A DNA stretch of 64,000 nucleotides from assembly GCA_963557735.1 (NCBI GenBank), contig CAUWEA010000005.1, forward strand, positions 593-64,592. The letters run 5' to 3'. Shown here piece after piece: positions 16,799-26,434 of the stretch. Both the position numbers and the translations under genes were made by a program. Position 1 is the first letter of the stretch; the number at the start of each line of letters is the position of its first letter. The notes below the pieces were generated by a model. The model was given only the letters and a program-made list of their open reading frames with translations, was not told where the DNA came from and searched no databases. The stretch is from an uncultured Faecalimonas sp. (GTDB lineage Bacteria > Bacillota > Clostridia > Lachnospirales > Lachnospiraceae).

Positions 16799-18181
16799 CT
16801 ATTCTGTCATCTCCTGACCGGCTCCGGCATCGGTTCCTCCGCTCTCTCCGCCGCCAGTGCCGCCGAAATCGCCTCCGGTATTTCCACCGCCAAGATCACC
16901 TCCGGTATCCGGTGGAACGATTTCACCACCTGGATCTCCATTTCCTTCTGTGCCGGTTCCCCCTGAACCGCCTGTCTGGTCTCCCAAACCATAATCCGGT
17001 GTCTGCGTTCCTCCGTTCCAGGTATCCTGCCCCTGGCTGTCATATTCATAATACTGAGGTTCTGAATAGAAATTCACTTCGTCTTCCACAAAATCAGATC
17101 CATCTGACTTTTCAAGAGATTTGTTCCTTATTTTCTCATCGATCGCTGTCACCGTAGAAGATACTTCGTATTCCAGATCCGGGAACAGAAATTCATGCAG
17201 CTCCCTGACACTCTGGATCATATCATCCGGGATGACAACACTTCCGACTCCGCTTAAAGTATCACTTGTATTTGCCTCCGGGAATCCTTTTGTCTCACCG
17301 ATTTTCAGACTTGTTCCTATCTTTGCATACTTCAGCATTTCGCCCAGTTCCATACTTGTCGCCACTTGTGGAAATACCTTATCCATAATCGCGTTCAGGG
17401 AAGAGAAACTTACTTTCTTCGCACTCTCGGCAATCTGCTCCAACACAAACCGCTGACGTTCTGTCCGCTCGAAATCTCCTCCTGCCGTATAGCGGATACG
17501 TGCGTAGGACGTCGCCTGCACTCCATTTAAGTGATACGTTCCCGCCACCTCAGGCTCAATCTTCGTGTAGGACTTTCCTGTCACCTCTGAAGTCTCCACA
17601 CAGTAGTTATTCATATGAACAACTTCTGCGTCAGAGAGTGTCACATCCATCCCGCCAAGTTCATCGATCACATCGACAAGTGCGTTAAAGTTTACTGCGA
17701 TATAATCTTCGATATTCAGATCCAGATTTTTATTGATCATTGCAACCGCTTCTTCCGGTCCTCCAAATGCATAAGCAGAGTTTGCCTTATTCAGACTTCC
17801 GTCTTCCAGTTCCAAAAGCGTATCGCGGTACAACGATACCATCTTGATCTCTTTTGTCTTATTATTCAGACTTGCAATGATGATACTGTCGCTTCTGACC
17901 CCTTCTCCCAGTTCTCCATATCTAGAATCCAGACCAAACAATGCAAGATTCGTATACCCATCTCCGAGATCCACTTCCTCTGAAATATTCAACTTCTTTG
18001 TATCCAGTTTCGTCTGCTCCAGCTTGCCAAGCTTATCTGCCGCATAGACAACACCTGCCGTGATCATCAGAAGCAGAGCCACGACAAACACAAGCAAGAT
18101 CTTCTTTCCCAATGACCATGTGGAAAATCCGCGCTTTTGTCTTCTTCTCGCACGCCTTTTTCTCGACTGTCTCTGTGCCAT
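16799..18181 (-). CDS. LCP (LytR-CpsA-Psr) family wall-polymer ligase with a Gly/Thr-rich tail
   Basis: Basic N-tail, TM, NLALFGLDSR, RSDSIII, SLYRDT, K.N.AYA.GG and R.ERQR motifs. Confidence 0.93.
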   Translation of the reverse strand: MAQRQSRKRRARRRQKRGFSTWSLGKKILLVFVVALLLMITAGVVYAADKLGKLEQTKLDTKKLNISEEVDLGDGYTNLALFGLDSRYGELGEGVRSDSIIIASLNNKTKEIKMVSLYRDTLLELEDGSLNKANSAYAFGGPEEAVAMINKNLDLNIEDYIAVNFNALVDVIDELGGMDVTLSDAEVVHMNNYCVETSEVTGKSYTKIEPEVAGTYHLNGVQATSYARIRYTAGGDFERTERQRFVLEQIAESAKKVSFSSLNAIMDKVFPQVATSMELGEMLKYAKIGTSLKIGETKGFPEANTSDTLSGVGSVVIPDDMIQSVRELHEFLFPDLEYEVSSTVTAIDEKIRNKSLEKSDGSDFVEDEVNFYSEPQYYEYDSQGQDTWNGGTQTPDYGLGDQTGGSGGTGTEGNGDPGGEIVPPDTGGDLGGGNTGGDFGGTGGGESGGTDAGAGQEMTE

Positions 18182-18280
18182 AATTGTATCCTTTCTTTTT
18201 CTCTTAAAACTGTTCTTCTGTCTGTTTTATCCGTAAGCTACCCTTTATCATATCGTACTTGCCAGTGAACTACAATCATT

Positions 18281-19225
18281 TTATAAGTTTTTTTGCGATT
18301 TCCAGTAAGTTTTATTCATTGTACAGCGCAGCACAAGCCATTGCGGCAGCTTTTCATAATGCATTCCCATCTTATACCCCAGAAATTTACATCCACTCTG
18401 CATGATCATTCCAGGGATCTGAACTATTTTTTTATGTCTGATCAAATATTTCACTGTAGAAATCACAAGACGTATCCCCTCGCTCTCTGAGGAAATCTCT
18501 GCAAAAATCTCCGGATGATCTTTCTGTGAAACTGCAAGATCAAAATTTCTGTGAAACTGCTGTCTTCCGCTATAATTATGCGAATGGATGACCTGTGCCT
18601 CTGCCACATATGCGATTCCATATCCCGCTTTGACCATCGTCCCCGCCAGGATCATATCTTCATTGAAAATCGCCCGGGAAACAAATCCTCCCATCTCTTC
18701 ATAGACCGATTTTCTGTAAACAGCACAGACATTTGAACAAAAGAATGTCTTAATTCCAAGTTTATCCACATCCTCTGCCGTTTTTACACGGCTCTCCGGT
18801 GGATAATTAAAGCTTCTTGTATAGCATTCCACCAACCGGCAGTCTTTATCCGGCAGCTGTCTTGCATAACTTGCTCCAACCTTCGGATCCTGAAACGGAT
18901 CCAGCAGTTTTTCGATCAGATACGGATCTTTCGGCACCGCATCCTGCGTCATATACATCAAAAACTCTGATTCCGACCATTCTGCTCCAAGTTTTCTTGT
19001 CCCTCCATGGTCAAACTCTTCCGGTATGATCTCCCGGATCTGTACGTTTTCATATGCGCTGCACCATTCCAGGCTGACACCGGCAGTTTTCGTGTGGATC
19101 AGAAAAATATGTTCTGCCGGATGCGTCTGTCCCTGCAGTCCTTTCAGCAGCCTCTGTAATTTTTCGTCCGGTCTGCAGACCGGAATGACAATATCCACTT
19201 TTTTTCTGTTCTCTTCTAACATCAT
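18281..19225 (-). CDS. GT2 rhamnosyltransferase, WbaN/RfbN-like
   Basis: FDHGGTR, TQDA, YARQLP, SNVCAVYR, EDM and VIHSH pattern typical of the RfbN family. Confidence 0.75.
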   Translation of the reverse strand: MMLEENRKKVDIVIPVCRPDEKLQRLLKGLQGQTHPAEHIFLIHTKTAGVSLEWCSAYENVQIREIIPEEFDHGGTRKLGAEWSESEFLMYMTQDAVPKDPYLIEKLLDPFQDPKVGASYARQLPDKDCRLVECYTRSFNYPPESRVKTAEDVDKLGIKTFFCSNVCAVYRKSVYEEMGGFVSRAIFNEDMILAGTMVKAGYGIAYVAEAQVIHSHNYSGRQQFHRNFDLAVSQKDHPEIFAEISSESEGIRLVISTVKYLIRHKKIVQIPGMIMQSGCKFLGYKMGMHYEKLPQWLVLRCTMNKTYWKSQKNL

Positions 19226-19266
19226 TGCATCAATGTCCCCTGCCTTGTTTTACCATCTCATCGGAC

Positions 19267-20562
19267 CTACTCATAATACGGCTCCTCATAGCTTTCACTT
19301 CCATACTCATTTGTCTCATATCCGCCATCTTCATAGCCGCTGTATCTATCATCCGCATATCCGGATTCTGTACCATCCTCGTATCCGTCAGACATATCAG
19401 TTCCATATTCATCGACATAGCCTTCCTCAAAAGCTGCACCGGACATCACATCGATCTCATGGCTGATCTCCTTTACCGTATCTGACACCTGATAATCTTT
19501 CTCACCAAACAAAAATTCATGCAGCTTTTTTACATCTCCGTCGAAGTCAGACGGAACTACATAAGATCCTTCGTAGCCATCTACCACATCTGTGTCCGCA
19601 ATACTGTATGGAAATCCCTGCGTCTCTCCCAGTTTGTATGAGAGCGCATTCGCTGCGATCCCGATCAGATCCTTCGCCGAAAAACTTGTAGATACCTGAG
19701 GCAGTACTGTATCGACGATCTTGTCAAGTGTTTTTAAGTTTGCTTTCTGCGCTTTCTGCACGATCTTCTCGATCACAAGCCGCTGGCGCTCTGCTCTCTT
19801 ATAATCTCCTCCTGCTGTCGCACGGATCCTCGCATAAGAAGTCGCCTGCACTCCGTTCAGGTGATAAGTTCCTGCAACTTCCGGCTCGATCCGCTCATAA
19901 TCTTTTCCGGTTACCTCAGAAGTTTCCACACAATAGTTATTCATATGTACCACTTCCTCCTCCGTCAGATCCATCTCCAGACCCCCCAGTGCATCGATCA
20001 CATCGGAAAGTGCCTTAAAGTCCACACTCATATAATTTTTAATATCCAGATCTAGATTCCGGTTCAAAAGCGCAACGGCCTCCTGCGGTCCTCCGTAAGA
20101 ATATGCGGCATTCGCCTTGTCAAACGTACCATCCTGCTGCTTTAACAGTGTGTCTCTGAAAATGGAGACCACTTTCACTTCATTTGTCTTATTATTGATA
20201 CTGGCGATCATCATACTGTCACTTCGCACACCGCCCTCGATACTTTCACCGGCTCTCGCGTCCAGTCCAAACAGCGCGATATTCGTATACGGTCCGGTAT
20301 CCTTATACACTTCCAGCTTATCCTCATCCAGAAAGTGGAAATCAAGCTTGTCCATCTTTGTTATCGCATAGGCAGCCACACAGAGTAGTGCAAGCACAAC
20401 AAGTTCAACTGCTAAGAGGATGATCCGCCTGCGTCTCTTTTTCTTTTTCGCTCTTCTCTTCTCCTCCTGCGCAGCACGTTTTCTGTCTGAAGCCGCTCTC
20501 GCCCTCCTCATCTCTCTTTCCTCTTCCGGATATCTTCTCCCGGACGGTCTCTTTGTTCCCAT
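19267..20562 (-). CDS. LCP family wall-polymer ligase with an acidic Tyr-rich tail
   Basis: Polybasic N-tail, TM, NIALFGLDAR, RSDSMMI, SIFRDT and RAERQR motifs. Confidence 0.93.
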   Translation of the reverse strand: MGTKRPSGRRYPEEEREMRRARAASDRKRAAQEEKRRAKKKKRRRRIILLAVELVVLALLCVAAYAITKMDKLDFHFLDEDKLEVYKDTGPYTNIALFGLDARAGESIEGGVRSDSMMIASINNKTNEVKVVSIFRDTLLKQQDGTFDKANAAYSYGGPQEAVALLNRNLDLDIKNYMSVDFKALSDVIDALGGLEMDLTEEEVVHMNNYCVETSEVTGKDYERIEPEVAGTYHLNGVQATSYARIRATAGGDYKRAERQRLVIEKIVQKAQKANLKTLDKIVDTVLPQVSTSFSAKDLIGIAANALSYKLGETQGFPYSIADTDVVDGYEGSYVVPSDFDGDVKKLHEFLFGEKDYQVSDTVKEISHEIDVMSGAAFEEGYVDEYGTDMSDGYEDGTESGYADDRYSGYEDGGYETNEYGSESYEEPYYE

Positions 20563-20576
20563 CTATACTCTCCTTA

Positions 20577-21980
20577 CTAATACGCATTTTTATTGATGAA
20601 TCCCTTGAAAAATGTCAGGATCAATATCTTAATATCAAGCCCGATCGTCCAGTTCTCAATATAATACAGATCGTATTCTATTCGCTTCATAATAGAAGTA
20701 TCTCCACGGTATCCATTGATCTGGGCCCATCCGGTAATTCCCGGGCGCACCTGATGCTTGACCATATAGCGTGGGATCTCTTCCTTAAACTTCTCCACAA
20801 AAAACGGCCGTTCCGGTCTCGGTCCTACCAGGCTCATCTCACCTTTCAGGACATTGAACAGCTGGGGAAGTTCATCAATACTTGTCTTTCTCATAAACTT
20901 GCCGATCGGAGTGACGCGCGGATCATTCTGCACCGTCCATTTTCCTTTCTCCACAGCCTTATCCTGCACAACCATCGAACGGAATTTGTACATATAAAAC
21001 GGTCTGTTATGAAGCCCAACCCGCTCCTGCTTGAAGATCAGCGGTCCCTCAGATGTCGTCTTGACAAGGATCGCCGCGATCAGCATGACCGGAGAGAATA
21101 AAATAATTGCTACGATCGCTCCGAAAATATCCATCAGACGCTTCATCCACCGGTTCAGCGTATTGCTGAGCGGCACGTGGCGGATATTGATCACCGGAAG
21201 CCCGAGCAGATCTTCCGTGTAAGGCTTTGTCGGAATGATATGGTTATAATCCGGAATAAATTTTGTGTGTACTCCTGACTTTTCACACATCGCAACAATA
21301 GATTCCAACTTGGAATACTCATTGATCCCAAGTGTGATCGCAATTTCATCCAGGCGGTTCTGCGGCAGGATGATCTTTAAATTCTCAATCGTACCAATCA
21401 CTTTGACACCCTTATACTCCATTCCTCTCGGCTGATTGTCATCCAGAATTCCCCGGATGGTGTATCCCCACTCCGGATTTGCCTTGATCCGGTCAATATA
21501 CTGTTCCGCTGCCCGGCTGTATCCGATCAGAATCATATGTTTCTGATTATAACCGCGCTTCCGCATATTCCGCAGAAAATGCCGCACAAGATTTCTCATA
21601 AAAATCTCTGCCACAATATTCACACAGAAAAAAATCGCGATCATTTTTCTGGAAAAGTTTGCTTCTTCTATAATATACAGTACAAAGGTAAATACCATCA
21701 GACCGATCGTGTTGGCCTGCAGAATATTCCATGCTTCCAGTCTCCGTCCACGCACCCGCTTCGGCGTGTAAAGCTGGAATAAATAGTACAACATCAAGTA
21801 GCCCGGAACAATGTAGAGAAGTGCTCCCATATATTCATGAAGAGATAAAAACCACGGATCCTGCTGAAACAGTCCGCTCTTAAACCGAAGATACCATGCC
21901 AGAACATAAGAAAAAATAATCACACATGCATCCAGCACAACATGCATTCGGTTAAAATGTTTCTGATTATCTTTGATCAA
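20577..21980 (-). CDS. Undecaprenyl-phosphate sugar-1-phosphate (probably glucose) transferase, WcaJ/CpsE family priming enzyme
   Basis: Four N-terminal TMs, central nucleotide-binding-like domain, KRLMDI, FKQERVG, KFRSM, SIDELPQLFNVLKGEMSLVGPRP and PGITGWAQING; TTG start. Confidence 0.92.
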   Translation of the reverse strand: MIKDNQKHFNRMHVVLDACVIIFSYVLAWYLRFKSGLFQQDPWFLSLHEYMGALLYIVPGYLMLYYLFQLYTPKRVRGRRLEAWNILQANTIGLMVFTFVLYIIEEANFSRKMIAIFFCVNIVAEIFMRNLVRHFLRNMRKRGYNQKHMILIGYSRAAEQYIDRIKANPEWGYTIRGILDDNQPRGMEYKGVKVIGTIENLKIILPQNRLDEIAITLGINEYSKLESIVAMCEKSGVHTKFIPDYNHIIPTKPYTEDLLGLPVINIRHVPLSNTLNRWMKRLMDIFGAIVAIILFSPVMLIAAILVKTTSEGPLIFKQERVGLHNRPFYMYKFRSMVVQDKAVEKGKWTVQNDPRVTPIGKFMRKTSIDELPQLFNVLKGEMSLVGPRPERPFFVEKFKEEIPRYMVKHQVRPGITGWAQINGYRGDTSIMKRIEYDLYYIENWTIGLDIKILILTFFKGFINKNAY

Positions 21981-22118
21981 AATTCGTTCACCCGTTTCTC
22001 ATCTATGATCTGTTTTTATTTATCATACATCTATTTTTTTCCATTATCCTATATATAATACAATAAAGCTTTCAAAATCACAAGAAAAAATATGTGCTTT
22101 GTAATATTTTTGTAACAA

Positions 22119-22179
22119 AAGAAAACCTCTGTGCCGGGAAATTGCTGTTTTCTTCTCTCCCGTTCACAGAAGTTTTCTT
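22119..22179 (-). terminator. Terminator downstream of the anti-sigma gene
   Basis: aagaaaacctctgtg / cacagaagttttctt (15 bp, 1 mismatch) followed by TTTGTT on the minus strand. Confidence 0.6.
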
Positions 22180-22227
22180 CACGATCTTACATTTTCACTC
22201 TCGCTGTTTTCTGCTTCTAGTCCTTTT

Positions 22228-23745
22228 CTACGGTCTGATATCTACATATGGTGTTGTCAGATATTTTCCGCCGACTTCCATCTGATTTTGTGGATAAAAC
22301 TGTAAATATATATTTGCAGTCTGATCTTCATCCACAACATAGACTAATGTATATTCCATCTCCTCCCCCGGTGCAAGCGGCACAAACAGTCCTGCCTTCA
22401 TACCCTGGATCCCTTCTGTAAAATATGGTTTATCAAAATAAACCGGGAATGATCCTCCACGTTCTGCTCCCCACTGAAGATCGTACCCTTCATTTGCCGC
22501 CCAAAACTCTTCTTCCGGATACATCAATGCTCCATTTTCCCCCTGCTGCATGACAACAAGGTTCGGGGCAATCGGCACGCCGTTTTCTTTATTCCAGTCC
22601 GTCTGAAATTCGGATGCATTTTTCGCCTTCATCTTTACAATGACGTATTTGGAGCCAACCGTCTCCGCTCTCCGCTCTGCCACCTCATCTCTGCTCAGTT
22701 CTTCTTCTTTTCCGACCCGGTATCTCTGATGGTCTTTCAGAGATGTATCGGCATTTGTCCAGTTTCCCATCTCATTGATGAAATATTGCTGCGAAAATAT
22801 CTCTGCCGGAAGCACATCCGACACTTCGGCGCTAAGTACTGTAAAACGGATATCTTCCGTTATCTTCGAATAATCCGGATCCAGCTCTGCCAGTGCATCC
22901 ATTGTCGTATCTCTTATTTCTTCTCCGATCTTATAGACCGAATCTGCCGAAACTCCATTTTCCATACGGTAGTTCTCCTCAGCCTTAACCTTCTGATTCA
23001 GCTCCTCATGTTCTTCCTTTGCTTTTTCAATTTCCTCCGCAGTCGGATATGGAACAGTTTCTTCCAGAACAGATACTTCCAGTCCATTTGCAATCTTCAC
23101 GATTTCTTCCTGATCCAGGGTACTCTCACTCCAGATCCACACGCCGTATCCTTCTTCTTCATTGAACAGATACACATCTGTGATCTTCTTCTCACTGTCT
23201 ACCTTCTCTGTTTTCTTTGTAAACAGATCCAGCTTCTGTTCTCCTTCGATCGCAGTATGGCTTTCCTTCTTATATTCTGAAAAATTTGTCTGTCCACTCT
23301 GAGACATCCGATAGAGATCTGCTGCATTATAAGAAAAAATAGAAATGCTGTCCCCCTCTTTTGTCCCATATGTCTTCTTTCCGGAAGTTTTCTCTGCCTC
23401 CTGCGCTTCAAATCCTTCCGGAAGATAGGTCGGCTCGACTTCAATCTGATGCGCTTCCTTCTGCTCCTTATCCACCTCGATATAATACTTCAGCATCTGA
23501 TCTTCTTCCTTCAGACTTACATTCAGATAATATCCGACTGCTGCCGCTGTGATAGAAAGCCCCGCCGTCAGCGCCGCAACCGCTGCAACTGCCGGCCAGA
23601 TCTTCTTCCTTCTCCGGATCACTTTTTTCTCCTCCGAAATTCCAAGTATCTCATACGCTCTCTGAATTCCCTGATCTACACATTCCGGAATTTCCACGTC
23701 TTCGACCAGTTTTTGCTTTACTTCTTCATCAAAATTTTTCTTCAT
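22228..23745 (-). CDS. Putative anti-sigma factor (single TM, DUF4179/DUF4367-like extracytoplasmic region)
   Basis: Short cytoplasmic N-terminus (..IPECVDQGIQRAYE), TM ending ITAAA, PTYLPEGF motif, large ectodomain; directly after the ECF sigma gene. Start moved to ATG 23745. Confidence 0.7.
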   Translation of the reverse strand: MKKNFDEEVKQKLVEDVEIPECVDQGIQRAYEILGISEEKKVIRRRKKIWPAVAAVAALTAGLSITAAAVGYYLNVSLKEEDQMLKYYIEVDKEQKEAHQIEVEPTYLPEGFEAQEAEKTSGKKTYGTKEGDSISIFSYNAADLYRMSQSGQTNFSEYKKESHTAIEGEQKLDLFTKKTEKVDSEKKITDVYLFNEEEGYGVWIWSESTLDQEEIVKIANGLEVSVLEETVPYPTAEEIEKAKEEHEELNQKVKAEENYRMENGVSADSVYKIGEEIRDTTMDALAELDPDYSKITEDIRFTVLSAEVSDVLPAEIFSQQYFINEMGNWTNADTSLKDHQRYRVGKEEELSRDEVAERRAETVGSKYVIVKMKAKNASEFQTDWNKENGVPIAPNLVVMQQGENGALMYPEEEFWAANEGYDLQWGAERGGSFPVYFDKPYFTEGIQGMKAGLFVPLAPGEEMEYTLVYVVDEDQTANIYLQFYPQNQMEVGGKYLTTPYVDIRP

Positions 23746-23749
23746 CTTT

Positions 23750-24265
23750 TTACCCCCTCTGCATACTCGGTTCCATACAATATATCTGTTCAAACTGCTT
23801 CCGGCCCCGTGAAAGTCTGGATTTCACAGTATTTTCTTCCAGATCAAGGATCTGTGCGATCTCCCGGATCTTAAAGCCTTCTGCATAATACAGAACAAGG
23901 ATCATTCTGTATTTCTCATCCAGCCCATCCAGCACTTCCTCAAATTCACACTGTTCCAGTTCCCTGTTCTCTCCCCTCACATATGCTGCTTCCTCCAAAG
24001 GGCATTCCCTCCTTCCACGCTTCAAAATATCATTACAGTTATTGATCAGGATCCTTATCATCCATGTTTTAAAATACCGCGGCTCTTTCAGTGTCCCGAG
24101 CTTCTCATAACAGTCTATAACCGTCTCCTGCACTGCATCTGCGATATCCTCCTCACTTCTCAGATAGCTCCTTGCAACTTTATACAGATCACTTCTGCAG
24201 CGCCCAATCAGCTCCATGAAAGCCTGATCATCTTTTTTCTTTGCCTTTCTGACAAGCTGTATCAT
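23750..24265 (-). CDS. ECF-family RNA polymerase sigma factor (SigV/SigW-like)
   Basis: LVRKAKK.D.QAF, DAVQET, FKTWMIRILIN (region 2) and EIAQILDL.ENTVKSRLSRGR (region 4). Start moved to ATG 24265. Confidence 0.92.
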   Translation of the reverse strand: MIQLVRKAKKKDDQAFMELIGRCRSDLYKVARSYLRSEEDIADAVQETVIDCYEKLGTLKEPRYFKTWMIRILINNCNDILKRGRRECPLEEAAYVRGENRELEQCEFEEVLDGLDEKYRMILVLYYAEGFKIREIAQILDLEENTVKSRLSRGRKQFEQIYCMEPSMQRG

Positions 24266-24318
24266 CTCTTCCCCTCCTCCCATTGTTTTTCTTTCAAATG
24301 ATGTTTCTCTTCATGTAT

Positions 24319-24347
24319 TAGACGCCAGAGATTGCCGGAAAGTTGCA
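24319..24347 (-). promoter_or_regulatory. Autoregulatory ECF promoter
   Basis: Minus strand TGCAAC-N17-CGTCTA, about 55 bp upstream of the sigma ATG; matches the AAC/CGTC consensus of the SigV/SigW group. Confidence 0.75.
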
Positions 24348-24365
24348 TTGTACTAAAAAAATACA

Positions 24366-24404
24366 AAAATCCCTTTTGCAAAATTCACTTACAAAAGGGA
24401 TTTT
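24366..24404 (-). terminator. Rho-independent terminator after the SLH glucosaminidase gene
   Basis: Perfect 13-bp stem aaaatcccttttg / caaaagggatttt followed by a T-rich run. Confidence 0.8.
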
Positions 24405-24410
24405 CATATT

Positions 24411-26411
24411 TTATTCATATCGTTGTACAAAACGTTGTATCATTGTGGCACACACTGCTCTGCTTACATTTCCCTGAGGATTAATCTTTCCCCCATCTCC
24501 AGTAATAATTCCCGTCCCAATAGCCCATCCCATTGCATCTTGTGCAAAATCTGTCACATGAACTGCATCTGGAAACTTGCTTAACTCTTCACGTATTGAT
24601 GTATCATACTTTTTATAATTTGCATATCTGTACAGCATTGTCACCATCTGTTCTCTTGTAATTCCATCCGCCGGTCCAAACATTCCATTCAGATAACCGG
24701 TAATAACTCCTGCATTTTGTCCCCAAATTGCCGGTATTGCATAAAAAGCGCCGTTAGAAACATCTGGAAACTTATTTTCGAAATCAGTTGCCGGTTCCCC
24801 TGCCATTCGATAAAGTAACGTTACAAAATGTGCCCTGCTAAGTTCCTCTGTAGCCCCAAAATAATTGCTGCTCATTCCCAGCATAATTCCTCTGTCTTTT
24901 ACAAACTGTACTGCATCATAAAACCACGCTGAAGATGGAACATCGGTAAAACCGGACTGTTCATTTATATTATTTCCATTCCCTTTGGAAACAACAGACA
25001 CATATTGAGAACTTATGTATGCAAACATACTTCCGAACTCATATATCCCTGTATCTTTTCTTATCCCGGTTCTATCAGAATTTATAACAGAATCGCTTTG
25101 TATTTTAAAATATCCATTTTCCACATTTTCATTTCGTATAATATAAGCAGTATCCGTTTGTGTCCCACTCGTAAATAAAGTTGCCGTACCTGTCGAGCTT
25201 CCTGCCCTTATATTTACATCGGTATTTCCACTTTTTATCGCCAGAGTATATGTATTGGCATCGCCTCCTCCCGCACTGTCATTCAGCCCCCACGAAACTG
25301 CAGCCGCTTTTTCCCCCCAATATGGATCCGAAGCATATTTCACATTAATTCCACTTGCTTTATTTCCAAGAAATCCTCCAAAATACCTCCAGTCTTCTGC
25401 ATAAAGATATCCACGGGACATCCAGACATCTGCAAACTCTCTGATGCAATGCTCAGGGCTCGTATAGGTATCCGCACTTGCTCCTGGCGCTGAATCTACT
25501 GCATTTAATCCAAACAAGTTATTTTTTGTCTGGGCAATGCTGCTGTTTCCCCATGCACTTTCGTTGGCAGCCACTCCCGCCATTAACAATGCATTGACCC
25601 CATATGTATTCTGCATATTAACAAATATAGAACCTGAATTATACATTTTAGAAGATGTCCCACTTTTCGCATTGACCAGTTCTGTTAATACACCTTCTAA
25701 GCTGGTCTGACTTCTAAGTGGAAGAAATTGATAATAATTATAATATGGTGAATCTGCATTTACTGCTCTGCTCCTGTTCCCGTTTACATAATCTTCCAGC
25801 ATTTCAGAAAATCTGTTTTCCTCATAAAAGTAATGCCCGTCATAGCTGTAATATTTTATGCCTTCTTTTAAATAGGAAGGTGCATTTCCATTATTCAGAC
25901 GGCTCGCATAAGATTCTGCGTTCATATTTATAGTAATATTATGAATCAGCTTTCCATTCTGAACAATATAATGACTGACCGATTTTGCAGAAGTCTTGTG
26001 AACAATCTGCACAGCAGACGGGTCAACGAGCCCCACGACCCCAGACAGCATAAACTTTATTTTTCCTCCGCTCATTCCCAGATATGCAGCATCTGCACCA
26101 TAAGCTCCATTTGTATACCCAGCTTCTCCGGTCTCTGCATTCACAAAATTAGTAATTCCTACATTTCCAATATTAAAATTTACAATCTGTCCACTATTTG
26201 CCCGTGACTCTGCTGTATCTTCCAGAATTTTTCCATTCTCTGTCTGTGCCTGTGTAACCTTTCCATCTTCATCCATCTGTGTGATATTTTCATTGCTGGA
26301 AGGATTCTCTCCCTGCCATTCCGTCTCCTCTGCCCTTACCAGGTTAGAACTTACTAAAACTCCCAGAAAAATTAAAATTATCGCACAAATTCTTTTTGCT
26401 TTCATCTGCAT
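24411..26411 (-). CDS. Secreted peptidoglycan glucosaminidase (GH73-like) with an SH3-like segment and three SLH domains
   Basis: Signal peptide; YGVNALL....ANESAWG, KNNLFG and YASDPYWGEK; VNIRAG SH3-like segment; three repeats of F.DV....W/F...G.I.G...F.P....TR. Confidence 0.88.
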   Translation of the reverse strand: MQMKAKRICAIILIFLGVLVSSNLVRAEETEWQGENPSSNENITQMDEDGKVTQAQTENGKILEDTAESRANSGQIVNFNIGNVGITNFVNAETGEAGYTNGAYGADAAYLGMSGGKIKFMLSGVVGLVDPSAVQIVHKTSAKSVSHYIVQNGKLIHNITINMNAESYASRLNNGNAPSYLKEGIKYYSYDGHYFYEENRFSEMLEDYVNGNRSRAVNADSPYYNYYQFLPLRSQTSLEGVLTELVNAKSGTSSKMYNSGSIFVNMQNTYGVNALLMAGVAANESAWGNSSIAQTKNNLFGLNAVDSAPGASADTYTSPEHCIREFADVWMSRGYLYAEDWRYFGGFLGNKASGINVKYASDPYWGEKAAAVSWGLNDSAGGGDANTYTLAIKSGNTDVNIRAGSSTGTATLFTSGTQTDTAYIIRNENVENGYFKIQSDSVINSDRTGIRKDTGIYEFGSMFAYISSQYVSVVSKGNGNNINEQSGFTDVPSSAWFYDAVQFVKDRGIMLGMSSNYFGATEELSRAHFVTLLYRMAGEPATDFENKFPDVSNGAFYAIPAIWGQNAGVITGYLNGMFGPADGITREQMVTMLYRYANYKKYDTSIREELSKFPDAVHVTDFAQDAMGWAIGTGIITGDGGKINPQGNVSRAVCATMIQRFVQRYE

Positions 26412-26434
26412 CTGTATTTTCTCCTTCCTATCGT

